Shown here in pieces: positions 26,400 through 38,999 of a stretch of DNA of 64,000 nt. Numbering within the stretch: position 1 is the first letter of the stretch; every line of letters starts with the position of its first letter. The stretch is from Chiloscyllium plagiosum (lineage: Eukaryota). Made by a program: the position numbers and the translations under genes. Location of the stretch: positions 37,747,592-37,811,591 of the forward strand of contig NC_057718.1 of the NCBI RefSeq assembly GCF_004010195.1, given 5' to 3'. The notes below the pieces were generated by a model. That model was not told where the DNA came from and did no database searches. It saw only the letters and a list, made by a program, of their open reading frames with translations.

Positions 26400-27740
26400 C
26401 CTTTCATTGCCACTGCTTCTTTGCCTTGCCCTGTTTTTCAAAAAATTCTCGTTGGTTGTTATTTCTCTTGTAGAATGATACTTGTGACTGCCTGGTTAAG
26501 TCAAGTGATCCTTAGCTGTGTGGGTGTGATTGCTGCATTCTGTGGTCTTTAGAAGTAGCAAATCACATGTTATAAGCACACGTATATTACACTTTATTAA
26601 GCAGGTACTGCATCTCAAAATTGGGAACCTCAAGCCTGAAATCATGCTGAGTCAAATCTTACTGGTTTTCAGTTGAAAGAAATTGGAACCTCAATTCAAT
26701 TCATAGGAGATATGTAAAATCAAGTGAATACGTCTTTTTCTTAAAGTTTGATAAAAGAATATGTACTAATGAAGAAATAATGTTTGAAACAAAATGAAAT
26801 GGTAAGTAAGGTTGACATGCAGGCTGTGCTAGATTTGGAATAAACTGGGTGGGATAGGGTCAAGGTCATTCAGATCATTTGATGCAAAGGAAAAGACTGG
26901 CATAGGGAGCTGATAACTTACTGCTAGTGTACCAAATTAGTTGTTATATTCATTTAATAACAATTACAACTGATGCTTGGCAACTTACAAAAACGTGTGT
27001 TTTTCGGACAACTCCAGTTTCTGCACAGTTGGACATGAGACCGAGCTTGTATTAAATTGTTAAAAAAAAATTTCTTTTAACAATTTAATACAAGCTCGGT
27101 CTCATGTCCAACTGTGCAGAAACTGGAGTTGTCCGAAAAACACACGTTTTTGTAAGTTGCCAAGCATCAGTTGTAATTGTTATTAAATGAATATAACAAC
27201 TAATTTGGTACACTAGCAGTAAGTTATCAGCTCCCTATGCCAGTCTTTTCCTTTGCATCAAATGATCTGAATGACCTTGACCCTATCCCACCCAGTTTAT
27301 TCCAAATCTAGCACAGCCTGCATGTCAACCTTACTTACCATTTCATTTTGTTTCAAACATTATTTCTTCATTAGTACATATTCTTTTATCAAACTTTAAG
27401 AAAAAGACGTATTCACTTGATTTTACATATCTCCTATGAATTGAATTGAGGTTCCAATTTCTTTCAACTGAAAACCAGTAAGATTTGACTCAGCATGATT
27501 TCAGGCTTGAGGTTCCCAATTTTGAGATGCAGTACCTGCTTAATAAAGTGTAATATACGTGTGCTTATAACATGTGATTTGCTACTTCTAAAGACCACAG
27601 AATGCAGCAATCACACCCACACAGCTAAGGATCACTTGACTTAACCAGGCAGTCACAAGTATCATTCTACAAGAGAAATAACAACCAACGAGAATTTTTT
27701 GAAAAACAGGGCAAGGCAAAGAAGCAGTGGCAATGAAAGG
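26400..27740. repeat. Near-perfect 1341-bp palindrome (670-bp arms, centre 27070)
   Basis: Position i pairs with 54140-i wherever I checked. The only mismatch I saw is 27066/27074. No spacer. Confidence 0.95.
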
Positions 27741-28239
27741 CTAGCAATAGAGAGCAGAGGATCAGATAGCCAAGATTACATATAAACAAAGCACTGGAAA
27801 ATACCATCATATTTCTTCCTTCAGCAGAGAGGGAAACAGCTTTGCTACTAATCAGTATCATTTTTAATGATAAGGACTAATCCAATTTAACCCCAATCAA
27901 ATCCTGTGAAATAGAATTGTCCATCTAGTCATGTGCCTCTGAACAGCTGAAATTACTATATCCGGACAAGACCAGACAAGTTCTAATTTCAGTTAAAGCT
28001 GGAGTCTGACTGAGGTTTTAAAGCTCTATAGTTGCAGACATTGACCTCTGATGCCCCCCAGTGTCCTGTACAAGCAATATGCTCAGCTCTGCATTAATTA
28101 ATAATACACACCTTTTGATCTTAATGGGCAATTTCAAAGCACGATTGATCATTTGTTTGCTGATTAACATTTAAGACAATTCGCTGAAAGTATTTTCTCC
28201 TCAATATTCTCTATTTCTTCACCGAAAAGTATTTGGCGA

Positions 28240-28700
28240 CACCTCTCTCACCATGACAGTTGGTAACACTGTCACCTGGATCAAAAGATTGTGGGTTCGG
28301 GTCCCACACTGGGAATTTGGGCATAAAAATCAAGACAAATGCTTCTGTGCAGCACTGAGGAATTACTGCACTATCAGAGATTCTGGGTTTTGAATGTGAA
28401 ATCAAAGCAAGGTCCCATCTGCTCTTTCAGTTGAGGGTCCAATAGCACTATTGTGAAGATGAGGAGACTAGTTATCCACAGTGTATTGGTCAATAATTAT
28501 CTCTCAATCAATGTCACAAAAGCAGATAATCTGGTCATTACTATACTGATTTATATTGTCTGGTCATATTTGTGAGAGTTTGTCCTATCCAATTGGCTCC
28601 CATGTTTCCCACATTACAATAGTGACTGCTCTTCAAGAGTTTTTAGTTGGCAGTAAATTGTACTGTGACCTCCAAAGAGTCTATATAAATGAAAGTCTTT
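28240..28700 (+). mobile_element. Deu-domain tRNA SINE (SacSINE1-like)
   Basis: B-box gggttcgggtccc, Deu-like core (gcactgaggaattactgcact...aggtcccatctgctctttcag...gcactattgtgaagatgag) and tail ctatataaatgaaagtctttttt. Confidence 0.75.
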
Positions 28701-30874
28701 TTTTCCTTTCCCTGTCAGTCAGTGCACTAGTGCCACTCAGAAACAGAACAAACGATTTTCCACCATTTCTGCTTGAGAAAATAGATCAAGAATTTATATC
28801 AGTACAGATGTGAATTGAGGCTCAATGTCCGACTGGAGACCTACAGTGTCTTGGAAATTCAATATTCAAAATAAGGAGATATTAGGTTTGGCCTTTTTGC
28901 CCAGGATCAATTCTTGAATCCATGGGCTATCTGCTTAACTGCATTACATGTCTGTGGAGAGAAACCAAGTTGGTGCATTCCTAACCGCACTTTGGGTCAC
29001 ATCAATGGGCTGCAGCAGGTCAGGAAGACTGTCTTAAGGACAAAAAATGCTGTTCTAACCAATGACGACCGCATCCTGTGAACAAACAAATTAAAGTTGC
29101 CTCACTTAAAACAAAAATTCTATCTCTTTAAAGACAATAACTCTAAAGACCCAAAGTGAAACATTTCAATGTATGTTGGCCTGTACAGTTGGCCTATACT
29201 GTAGTCATTGTGTCAGTGAAGTGGCAAAAAGAGTTATCATGCACTTTGTGTTTCTATGCCTAGAAGAGAAACCCATGGCAGGCACTTTGTTTTAAGTTGG
29301 TACTCAGCGTCTACTTTCATGATGCTTTACTGGATTTTGTACATGAACTCTTTCCCTGATAGTCAGGAATTATGCAGCTATGCCCATTGCTGTTGTGATC
29401 AAGTGTGGATTTAATTGAAATGTCAGTTTTGTCTGATGTTCAAAAGATTAATATCTTTGAGGAATATATTCCAGCTTTTATGTTTGGAACAATTTAAAAA
29501 GAAAGTTGAAATTAGATTCAGAAGTTCCCGAAGCTGAGGAAGGAGAGGTCAAATTCCAATCATTCTTTGGGAAGATTATGCTCAACCATCACCATCAAAT
29601 CCCCCACTCCACCTCTCCCTAATCACATTCCCCTCCCTAACCCTCTACCCCACAACTTCAAATGTGTTGGTCATGTGAGACCTAGAAAGTCCTGAATTTC
29701 CTGTTTCATGCCCAGGAATAACTCTAGCACAGATCCGTCCTCTGGGACCGCCAAAAAGGCAGGAAACTGTGGCATAGCTATAGATTCTGTAGACATTGAG
29801 ATCTTCTGATCGTAGAAGATTCTGATTCCAAAATGATGATTCCCCAGTGGATTCCTGCAATAGCGAATAACGTTCCACCTAAAGTATCTGCCCTTCTCTT
29901 GAAGGTCCTTACAGACTCTGCAACTAGCTGTTCTCCTCACCCATGGAATGCACAGACATGTCAACAAGAGAGACATGCAGCAGGAGGTTAAGAACACTCA
30001 CTCCCACATCATCTATCCCTCTTTCAGTAGGTGCAGCACACAACTTGCTTCCCTACCTACACCTAATCACCAGGAAAACCTGGAAATACCAGAGTACTCT
30101 GAATAATTGGCAAGTGGATGATTCAGATCTCAATCACTATTTCCTTAAATTTGCATCCAAAGTATTTAGCATTCTCTAATACAAAGCAATGGAAAACATC
30201 ACTTATTGTATTTAATGCTCACTGCTTACAATCATCCGACACCTAGTTTGTTTGACCTCAGGTGAATAAAGTGGGCTTATGCTTAAAAAATACAGGAAAA
30301 AAATCACAAGAATATCAATGTAGCCTAGCTATAACATCCCTGTGTCTCACTCTCTTAAAATGGCACTTCTGTCTGTTACTCTCATCCATATTCTCCTGAC
30401 AGAGATTTTCTGCAGAGAATCTTTCATTCCTATTTCTGGTCTGTTTCCTTCACTCCTCACATTAGATGGCTGCTCTTTCTTTCTGACAACATTTACTGCC
30501 TTGCCACTAAACATGATGAATGGTCAACAATTAATGCTCATGAAAGTCGACAATGAAAACAGACACCATTCAACCACCGTCAGGCATCACTGCTTCAGTC
30601 CATTCCTGGCTCACAGTTGTTCTGTATAATTGCAGCAAGGTATGCGTAAGTCACATGTGATACAATATTTAAAAATGCTCAGTTGAGTCAAATAGCACCT
30701 TTTGTGAGTTTGCTATTTCCCAATACAGGAGAACACACAATCTCCAAATAATTGCTTTGTTTCATTATTTATCTCATTAAGGTTCCCTTCTTTCAGAAAT
30801 TCATTCAATTCCTTTCAGCCATCATTTATAATTTGTATTTTGTGGTGAATGTTCGTGCTCAACATGGTGAAAGC

Positions 30875-31030
30875 ATAAAAACCAAAAGAACTGCAGATGT
30901 TGGAAATCAGAAACAGAAACAGAAACAGAAATTGCAATCAATTGTGAGGAATGGCCACTGGACCTGAAAATGTTAACTCTGATTGCTTTCCGCAAATGCT
31001 GCCAGACCTGAGCTTTTCCAGCAATGTCTG
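30875..31030. mobile_element. Degenerate fold-back PLE-type short element
   Basis: aaaaccaaaagaactgcagatgttggaaatc...gaaaatgttaactctg...gctgccagacctgagc, related to the family-A tails. Includes a (agaaac)3 repeat. Confidence 0.55.
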
Positions 31031-31549
31031 TTGATGGTGAAAGCATGTTTGTCCAAGAAATAGAGTTTCTTGTACAGGTGTACACCATTCCATATTGGGA
31101 GTCAATGTATATTACACCTTGATGGGCAAGTTGTCACTGTTCTGGATGATTGGTGGCAAATACCTCACAGTCAATCCATCCAGCTGTCAAGACAAGCTTC
31201 AGATTGTGTTTGAAGCATCTTATTTTTCCTCTACTAGAGTGCTGGCTGCTTGAGGGTGAGGGAACAGAATGTAGCAAGGAGCCATTTTTTCAGCCATCCA
31301 GACACAGGGCCATTGTATTTGATTTTGCAGGAGTTTGCCTGGATGCTTCTGGCCATGGATTCCAAAATAACATTAGCATTTGTTGATGATTGGATCTGAG
31401 GATGTGGCGGAGGCAATGTTGATAGAATTTCTCTAATGCCCTTTGTCTTCACTGATTCCTATACCTCAATACAAGAGCATGGTGACTACAACTTCTCTTA
31501 ACACAAGGACCTGAATTGACTTTACTTTGGTTCAAACATTAGTTTGTAG

Positions 31550-32010
31550 AAGATGAGAAAAGATGTAGAGGTTTACAAAGACCATTTGAACAGATTCGAT
31601 CTATCTCCATTGGAATTTACAAGAATGATATGTGATTTATTGAAAAATGTAAGATCTTGAGGGGACTGAATTAGGCGATTACCGAGAGGATGTTTCCATT
31701 TGTTGGGGAGACTAGAAATGGGGCACAATGTTTAAGAATAAGAGGTTTCTCTTTTAGGACAGGAATGTGGAGGAACTGTTTCCCTCAGTGGGTCATTAAT
31801 ATGTGAAACTCTTGACCACAGAAGGCATTGCGCGTTGCTCTTTAATTGTATTGAAGGCTGACTTAGATATTCAAAGGAGTCAAAACATTGATGTTGGGGT
31901 GTTGGGGAAAATGGGGCAGAAAATTCGAGATGGCACCATAACCAGATCAGCCATGATCTTATTGAATAGTGGATCAGTCTCAAATAGTCACATGGCCTCC
32001 TCCTGCTCCA
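31550..32010 (+). mobile_element. Degraded CR1 3' fragment
   Basis: ORF2 C-terminal and 3' UTR pattern (gagaggatgtttcc...agatcagccatgatcttattgaat). Confidence 0.75.
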
Positions 32011-34191
32011 ATGTCCATTGCACTAAGGCTGGACAATTGAACTGATCCAGAATTGGATCTCCTCATCAATGATGGCCTTTGAAAGAGGTGGATGCTGAAA
32101 GGTGGGAAGTGCTCCACCTCTTCCAGAGCTCCTTCTTCAACATGTATGGATAGTGGAGTGTTGCGCTGACCAATCTTCAGCTGATGAGCTCAGTTTTATT
32201 TGTGACAGAGCAGCTGCGGGGAAGGAAAGAATGTAAAGCTGTCTGGATCCCACAACCTCATGCGATAACCTTCCTCTTGTGACGAAGGCATGTGGGTCGC
32301 TAACTTGCGGATGTTGGGCAAAACTCACAACCGTGAGCAGATAGCAACCTGAGCTGCAGCCATCTGCTCAGTGCCTTTCCACAGCGGCACCATGGAGATC
32401 AGCAGCTAAATGATATGGCTGGTAACAGGCATAAGCCCTTACCCATGAGTTTGTGATGCAACCAGTACAACTTAGAATGGAACATCTTTGGTATGTCAAG
32501 TCAACTTAAAAAACCCCAAATCAGGAAACGTACAACTTGGCGCAGAGAGAAGGTGCCTCTACTTTGGTGCAGCATTATGCTATAAATTTCATTGCACCAA
32601 TTTTGTCTTTTCTTATATATTCACTTGTGGGACATGGGCTTCGCTGACAGGCCAACATTTATTGCCCATCCCTAGATGTTCGAGAGAAGGTGACAGCTGC
32701 TTTCTCAAACCACTGCAGTTCTATTTCCCACAACTGGTATCCTTGCAGCTTCTCCAGGTATGGGCATGTTCATGGGTTGGTTTCTTGAAAACCAGCTTAA
32801 AACTTGGTGTACACATTTCTCTCAAGGTCATTTCCAGCAAAGAAAATTCATCAGTCCTAACCTGGTGATGATCAAACATGATGATAATCCATTGTGCAGT
32901 TTTCTCCTCTCTATCATAACCTGTACTCTTTTCAGCATTTCAGGACAATTACCTTTACAGATGTTCCTTGGCTTAGGTTTGCATTTTTATTTGTAATATA
33001 CAACCAACTTGGAGAAACAACTACACAAAGCTATGTTAAGGCCCAATCTCGAAAAGATTCTGGGATTGTACCCAATGTGCAGCAGGCCATGAAGCGTTGT
33101 ATAAAATCTATTATCTATAAAGTTTCAAATTTCATACTGACGTGCAATTAATTCTGTTGGATACCTGAGGCCCCCTCTGTATTAAGAAAACCAAATGCAG
33201 ATTAGGCAACTGCTTTGCTGATCACTTCAGTTTCCCTGCAAGTGCAGAACCTCGTGGTCCTTATTCTACTCCCATGATATCATTGTATTATTACAGAGTT
33301 AATCTTTTCCATGCCATATACTTTAATTTTCCTATAATATCACGCTCAGATTCATTGGGTTGAATTTTACACAACTCCCCCTTCCCTGAAGGTGAACTGA
33401 GCAGGTAGGGGCAGGGGCAAGGGCTGTACAATCTGCTGTCATGATGGTATCACTGTCCTATTGCCTATCCACATCTGCTAACAGTATACAAGTAGCAGGG
33501 AAGCACTGAGCAATTACCTGCCCTTGAGCTATTTCAGGTTTCATGGGCTTCCTCTGACATTAGTAGCACTTTATGTGGGGTGAGAGCTGTCTACACCATG
33601 TGGCTTGTGGGCTTTTTGCTGACTGAGGTGCAGTCCTCCTTCTCCAGCTACCCCTATGCCTAATGGAGACATGGCCTCTCCCATCCCCAAGCACAGTATC
33701 CTCAAACCTCACCACTGCTCTCTCAATCCTGGGCCTCCATTCACCTCACTGGCAGACTGCTGCATCAGAATTCCCCACATTATCTTCTCAATCATCATTA
33801 AGACCTGCTTGCAGTTTCAACAGTGGTCACCAGTTCCTGTTGGGACTAAAAAGGTGTCTACCATCAATTGGCAGCCAACTCTTGAAAGTAAGGCCTGTTT
33901 TGTTGAGGCACACACAAGTTCCCCAATATTAATCAGGATAGTCATAGTGTAAAGGCTTTAGAGGGGTGGATTTCTTGAAATGCATTTTCATGTCAATGTG
34001 GAGAAGATTGAATGTTTCCAGTCCAGTGACTCTTTGTCAGAAGTGAAAGTAGCTGTGAAACGGTGATATTTCTGCTGATAACTGAGGTGGGGATGGAAAG
34101 GAGTAAATTGAATAGGTGGAGATAGTGGCCAGGAAGTGAGACCATAATAGGAAAAGCAGACAAGGGGATTGCTTATGATAAGCCAGGTGCT

Positions 34192-34422
34192 ATTAATTTG
34201 GGATATCTGATCGGTATGGGTGTGTTGGAGTAAAGGACCCATTTCTATGCTGTGCAGCTCTATGACTCTCTGACTCAAACTCAGTCGAAGATTTGGGATG
34301 AATTTAGTCCTGGAGCTCTGTGCATTGATCATTCAGTAGGTTGCAATGGGCTTTACTGCAAAATGAGGGGCATAGTCAAAGCTTGGGGAAGAGCAGAGGC
34401 ATGGGTTGATGTGAAGACAAGA
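34192..34422 (+). repeat. Copy 1 of a 231-bp direct duplication (copy 2 at 37229-37459)
   Basis: 7 substitutions and no indels over 231 bp by manual alignment. Confidence 0.93.
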
Positions 34423-36198
34423 ATGGATGCTAACAGAAGAATGAACCAGGGTGTCACAGAGGGCACAGTTCCTGTGTAAAACTGACAAGGAATGGGAAGG
34501 ATTCCTACTGGAGGCAGTGGAAACAGCAGCTTATAGTCCTATAGATGCAGAGGCTGGTCGGGTGAAAAGTGAGAACAAGGGGGGATTCTATCATTATTGG
34601 ATGCTTTCAGGTCACACATTGAGGATGATGTTTTTGAGTTGTAATGGTTGGTCATGAAGTAATTTCCTCAATCTGCTGTGCTTGGTGGCAAAGGAAGTGC
34701 ATGGAATTGACATAAATACTATTTTCCAGTTCAGATTCAGTAATGTCCGTTTACAGATCTGAAGGAATACCTTTGTTCGATGTGGGGTTTGGAAGAAGGC
34801 TAAGTACATCAGAGACGGTCACTTGGGAACTTGGCTTGTAATCGTACCCTTTGGATCTTCACAAGTAGACATCGCCACCTTTATCCAGAGTTTACAGGCG
34901 GTCAGTATTGCTATAGTGATGTGCTCTATTGCACAGGCACACACACAGCCTGATTGTTCAACTTGTGTTTATTAGTAAGGATCTCTGCGAAGGCAGGATC
35001 ATCTAGCTGTATGCTGAGATGCCAATCTAATGCCTACAGTATGTGCCAGCTGCCAGGACTGCAAACACATTGCACAGTTATTCAACCAAATGGTCATATC
35101 CAAAATGGGTGGAGGCAAGTCGTCAGTCCTGTCAAGGCCATTGTCAGTCAGGGTCTCCCAGCATAGTCAGTCACAGTCACAGATTGCACATAGTCCAGGG
35201 GCTTGGCCACAGGCGTTTGTCCATTTAGCCATTCACGGTCAGGCAATATGTCTGACGACAGTCTGGGGCATGGGCACTGGTCAGGTCCGTCACAAGCAAT
35301 CAAGGGAATCACATATTATCAATCCCAGAGCTTTAAAGAGACTGGTCAGGGGCCTGGTCAGTCACGTATTTACGAAAGGTGGTAAAGAAAAGTCAGGGAC
35401 CCATAGACCAGTGAGCCTGATATTGGTGGTGGGCAAGTTGTTGGAGGGAATCCTGAGGGACAGGATTTATATGTATTTGGAAAGGCAAGGACTGATTAGG
35501 GATAGTCAACATGGCTTTTTGCATGGGAAATCATGTCTTACTAACTTGATTGAGTTTTTTGAAGAAGTAACAAAGAGGATTGATGAGGGCAGAATGATGG
35601 ACGGCACCTATATAGACTTCAGTAAGACATTTGACCAGGTTCCTCATGGTAGACTGGTTAGCAAGGTTAGATCAAATGCAATACAGGGAGAACTAGCCAT
35701 CTGGATACAGAGCTGGCTCGAAGGTAGGAGACAGAGGGTGGTGGCGGAGGGTTGTTTTTCAGACGAGGCCTGGAGCCAATGGTGTGCCACAAGGATCGAT
35801 ACTAGGTCCACTACTTTTTATCATTTATATAAATGATTTGGATGTAAATATAGGAGGTATGGTTAGTACATTTGCAAATGATACCAAAAGTGGAGGTGTA
35901 GTGGATAGCGAAGAAGGTTACCTCAGAATACAAAGGGACCTTGATCAGATGGGCCAATGGGCTGTGGAGTGGCAGATGGAGTTTACTTTAGTTAAACGTG
36001 AGGTGCTGCATTTTGGAAAGGCAAATCAGGGCAGGACTTATACACTTAATGGTAAGGTCCTGGGGAGTGTTGCTGAACAAAGAGATCTTGGAATGCAGGT
36101 TCACAGCTCCTTGAAAGCAGAGTTACAGTTGGACAGGATAGTGAAGAAGGCATTTGGTATGCTTGCCTTTAATGGCCAATACATTGAGTATAGGAGTT

Positions 36199-36430
36199 GG
36201 AAGTCGAAAAGTGTTTGCTGGAAAAAGCACAGCTGGTCAGGCAGAATCCGAGGAGCAGGAGAGTTGATGTTTCGAGCATGAGCTCTTCATCAGGATGAAG
36301 GTTCCTGATGAAGAGCTCATGCTCGAAACATTGACTGTCCTGCTCCTCGAATGCTGCCTGCCTGGCTGTGCTTTTCCAGCATCATACTTTTCTACTCTGA
36401 TCTGTAGCACCTGCAGTCCTCTCTTTCCCC
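36199..36430. mobile_element. Fold-back family-A element with two oppositely oriented hammerhead cores
   Basis: Inverted arms around about 36298. CUGAUGA-A-GAGC(UCAU)GCUC-GAAA-CA-UH on both strands. Direct repeat taggagtt at 36191-36198 and 36431-36438. Confidence 0.85.
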
Positions 36431-36564
36431 TAGGAGTTCGGAGGTCATGTTGCAACTGCACAGGACATTGGTTAGGCCACTTTTGGAATACTGCATTGAA
36501 TTCTGGTCTCCCTGCTGTAGGAAAGATGTTGTGAAAGTTGAAAGGGTTCAAAAAGTTTCTCAAC

Positions 36565-36845
36565 AATAGCCAATAGACAATAGGTGCAGGATTAGGCCAT
36601 TCAGCCCTTCGAGCCTGCACCGCCATTCAATATAATCATGGCCGATCATTCCTAATCAGTATCCTGTTCCTGCCTTATCTCCATAACCCTTGATTCCACT
36701 ATCTTTGAGAGCTCTATCCAACTCTTTCTTAAATGAATCCAGAGAGTGGGCCTCCACTGCCCTCTGGGGCAGAGCATTCCACACAGCCACCACTCTCTGG
36801 GTGAAGAAGTTTCTCCTGAGCTCTGTCCTAAATGGTCTACCCTGT
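36565..36845 (-). mobile_element. Nested CR1 3' end of a second subfamily
   Basis: (caatag)n tail followed by ggattaggccattcagcccttcgagcctgc..., opposite in orientation to the host CR1. Confidence 0.85.
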
Positions 36846-37604
36846 AGGACGACGTTGGAGGGTTTGAGGTATAGGGAGCAACTGAACAGACTCGGGCTAT
36901 TTTCCCAGGAGGGTCGGAGACTGAGGGGTAATTTCAGAGAATTTTATAAAATCAAGAGGGGCATGGATAAGTTGAATAGCCAAGGTCTTTACCCCAGGAT
37001 GGGGCAGTCTAAACCTGGGGGGCATAGGTTTAAGATGACAGGGGAAAGATTTTAAAAGGATTTAAAAAGCATCAAACTTTTCATGCAGAGGATGGTGCAT
37101 GTATGGAATAAGCTGCCAGAGGAAGTGGTGGAGGCTGGCACAATTACAACATTTAAAAGGCCTCTGGATTGCATATGAATAGGAAGGGTTGAGAGGGACA
37201 TGGGCCAAATGCTGGCAAATGGAACTAGATTAATTTGGGATATCTGATCGGTATGGGTGTGTTGGAGTAAAGGACCCATTTCCATGCTGTGCAGCTCTAT
37301 GACTCTCTGACTCAAACTCAGTCGAAGATTTGGGATGAATTTCGTCCTGGAGCTCTGTGCATTGATCATTCTGTAGGGTGCAATGGGCTTTACTGCAAAA
37401 TGAGGGGCATAGTCAAAGCTTGGAGAAGAGCAGAGGCATGGGTTGAGGTGAAGCCAAGATGGTGACGGAGAGACACTCGAGATATAAAGAGATTAGGCAG
37501 GACAGCATTGGAAGGTATGCTAGGCATTGGGAAGAGGGTTACTGGCAGTGACCACCACTGTGGTTTCCACAGGTGAACATAAAAGACTAACATGAATGTA
37601 TAAT

Positions 37605-38582
37605 AGAAAGTTTTGATAAGATGTGTAGCTCAGGTTGAGGTCTGGATGTAGATTTGCTCGCTGAGCTGTAAGGTTCATTTTCACACATTCTGTCATCATT
37701 CCAGGTAACATCTTCAGTGAGCCTCTGAATGAAGCACTGGTGGTGTAACCCGCTTTCTATTTATATGTTTGAGTATCCTAGGGTTGGTGATGTCATTCCC
37801 TGTGGTAGTGTCATTTCCTGGTTTTTTTTCAGAGGGTGGTAAATGGGATCCAAGTCAATGTGCTTGTTGATAGAGTTCTGGTTGGAATGCCATGCTTCTA
37901 GGAATTCTCGTGCATGTGTCTGTTTGGCTTGTCCTAGGATGGATGTGTTGTCCCAGTCAAAGTGGTGTCCTTCCTCATCCGCATGTAAGGATACTAGTGA
38001 GAGTGGACCATATCGTTTTGGGTCTTTCACCAACACACTAAAATGGCAGCTAATGAACTTGAAAGACCTGATACAGACAACAAGCAAAACTAATGTCATT
38101 TACAAAATCCCGTGCAAGAACTGTAACAAACACTACATTGGACAAACAGGCAGAAAACTAGCCACCAGGATACATGAACATCAACTAGCCTCAAAACAAC
38201 ATGACCCTCTCTCACTAGTATTCTTACATACGGATAAGGAAGGGCACCACTTCGACTGGGATAACACATCTATCCTAGGACAAGCCAAACAAAGACAAGT
38301 ATGAGAATTCCTACAAGCATGGCATTCCAACCAGAACTTTATCAACAAGCACATTGACTTGGACCCCATTTACCACCCGCTGAAAAAAAAGGAAATCACA
38401 TCACCACAGGAAATGATGTAACCACAGGAAATTACATCACCAATCCTAGGAAACTCAAACATATAGTAGAAAGCAGGCTACACCGCCAATGCTTCATTTG
38501 GAGGCTCACTGAAGATGTTACCTGGTATGGTGATGAAATGTCTGAAAAACGAACCTTCCAGCTCAGCGAGCAAACCTATATC
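37605..38582. mobile_element. Penelope-like element with inverted pseudo-LTR arms and GIY-YIG endonuclease remnant (family D)
   Basis: Plus-strand NVIYKIPCKNCNKHYIGQTGRKLATRIHEH (GIY-YIG with CxxC). Arms at about 37635-38017 and 38193-38582 are inverted. Flanking catgaatgtataat / catgaatatgtaat (12/14) is a diverged TSD. Confidence 0.92.
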
Positions 38583-38999
38583 CATGAATATGTAATGTTG
38601 GCACTCAAGAGACATTGAGGATAATTGTGCCACAATTCAGTGTGGGGGGTATTCACAAGGTAGTGTGAGGTAAAAGCAGATATAGTGGCTCTGGGTGATA
38701 CCTGGTGACCAGTCACTACCCAGTGCTGATGGTGTCCATGGTGAGCTGTGCTTCCTGCCAACATTTGCCATTCTTTAGATGCTAAGTACAACTGGAAAAT
38801 GGCTGAGACAATACCCAAGGTGACAGAGTCACTGGATCTCAGTCTGCTGGATACCAGGCCATTGAAGAGGCAAAGACAAGAAGCAAGCATTTGCAAACTT
38901 CTGTTATATTTAATTCCCAAACATTTTATTGCCCGTTTGCAATACATGCAGAGTGATGATGCTGATGGTTTAAATGCTGGTCAAGGTGAATTGCATCAT

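Larger units (their letters stand above)
35370..37310 (+). mobile_element. 5'-truncated CR1 LINE (RT pseudogene to 3' tail) with two nested insertions
   Basis: ORFs with SQHGF...[34 protein letters not shown] and FANDTK. Tail tatgactct at about 37305. Interrupted at 36199-36430 and 36565-36845. Confidence 0.92.

Noticed and set aside
26746..26801. Exon-like segment (ttcttaaag...ATG|GTAAGT) inside the palindrome arm
   Set aside because: All three frames contain stops. It could only be non-coding, and nothing else supports it.
29645..29997. Overlapping minus-strand ORFs as an exon
   Set aside because: No recognisable homology and no donor or partner exon that I could support.
32178..32217. 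cagCTGATGAgctc...gagcagctg as a hammerhead or SECIS element
   Set aside because: No GAAA follows the GCUC/GAGC stem, and the spacing does not fit SECIS (AUGA, 11-12 bp stem, AA loop, GA).
35030..36281. 268-aa and 165-aa ORFs as host genes
   Set aside because: They are frameshifted CR1 reverse transcriptase joined to unrelated upstream sequence.
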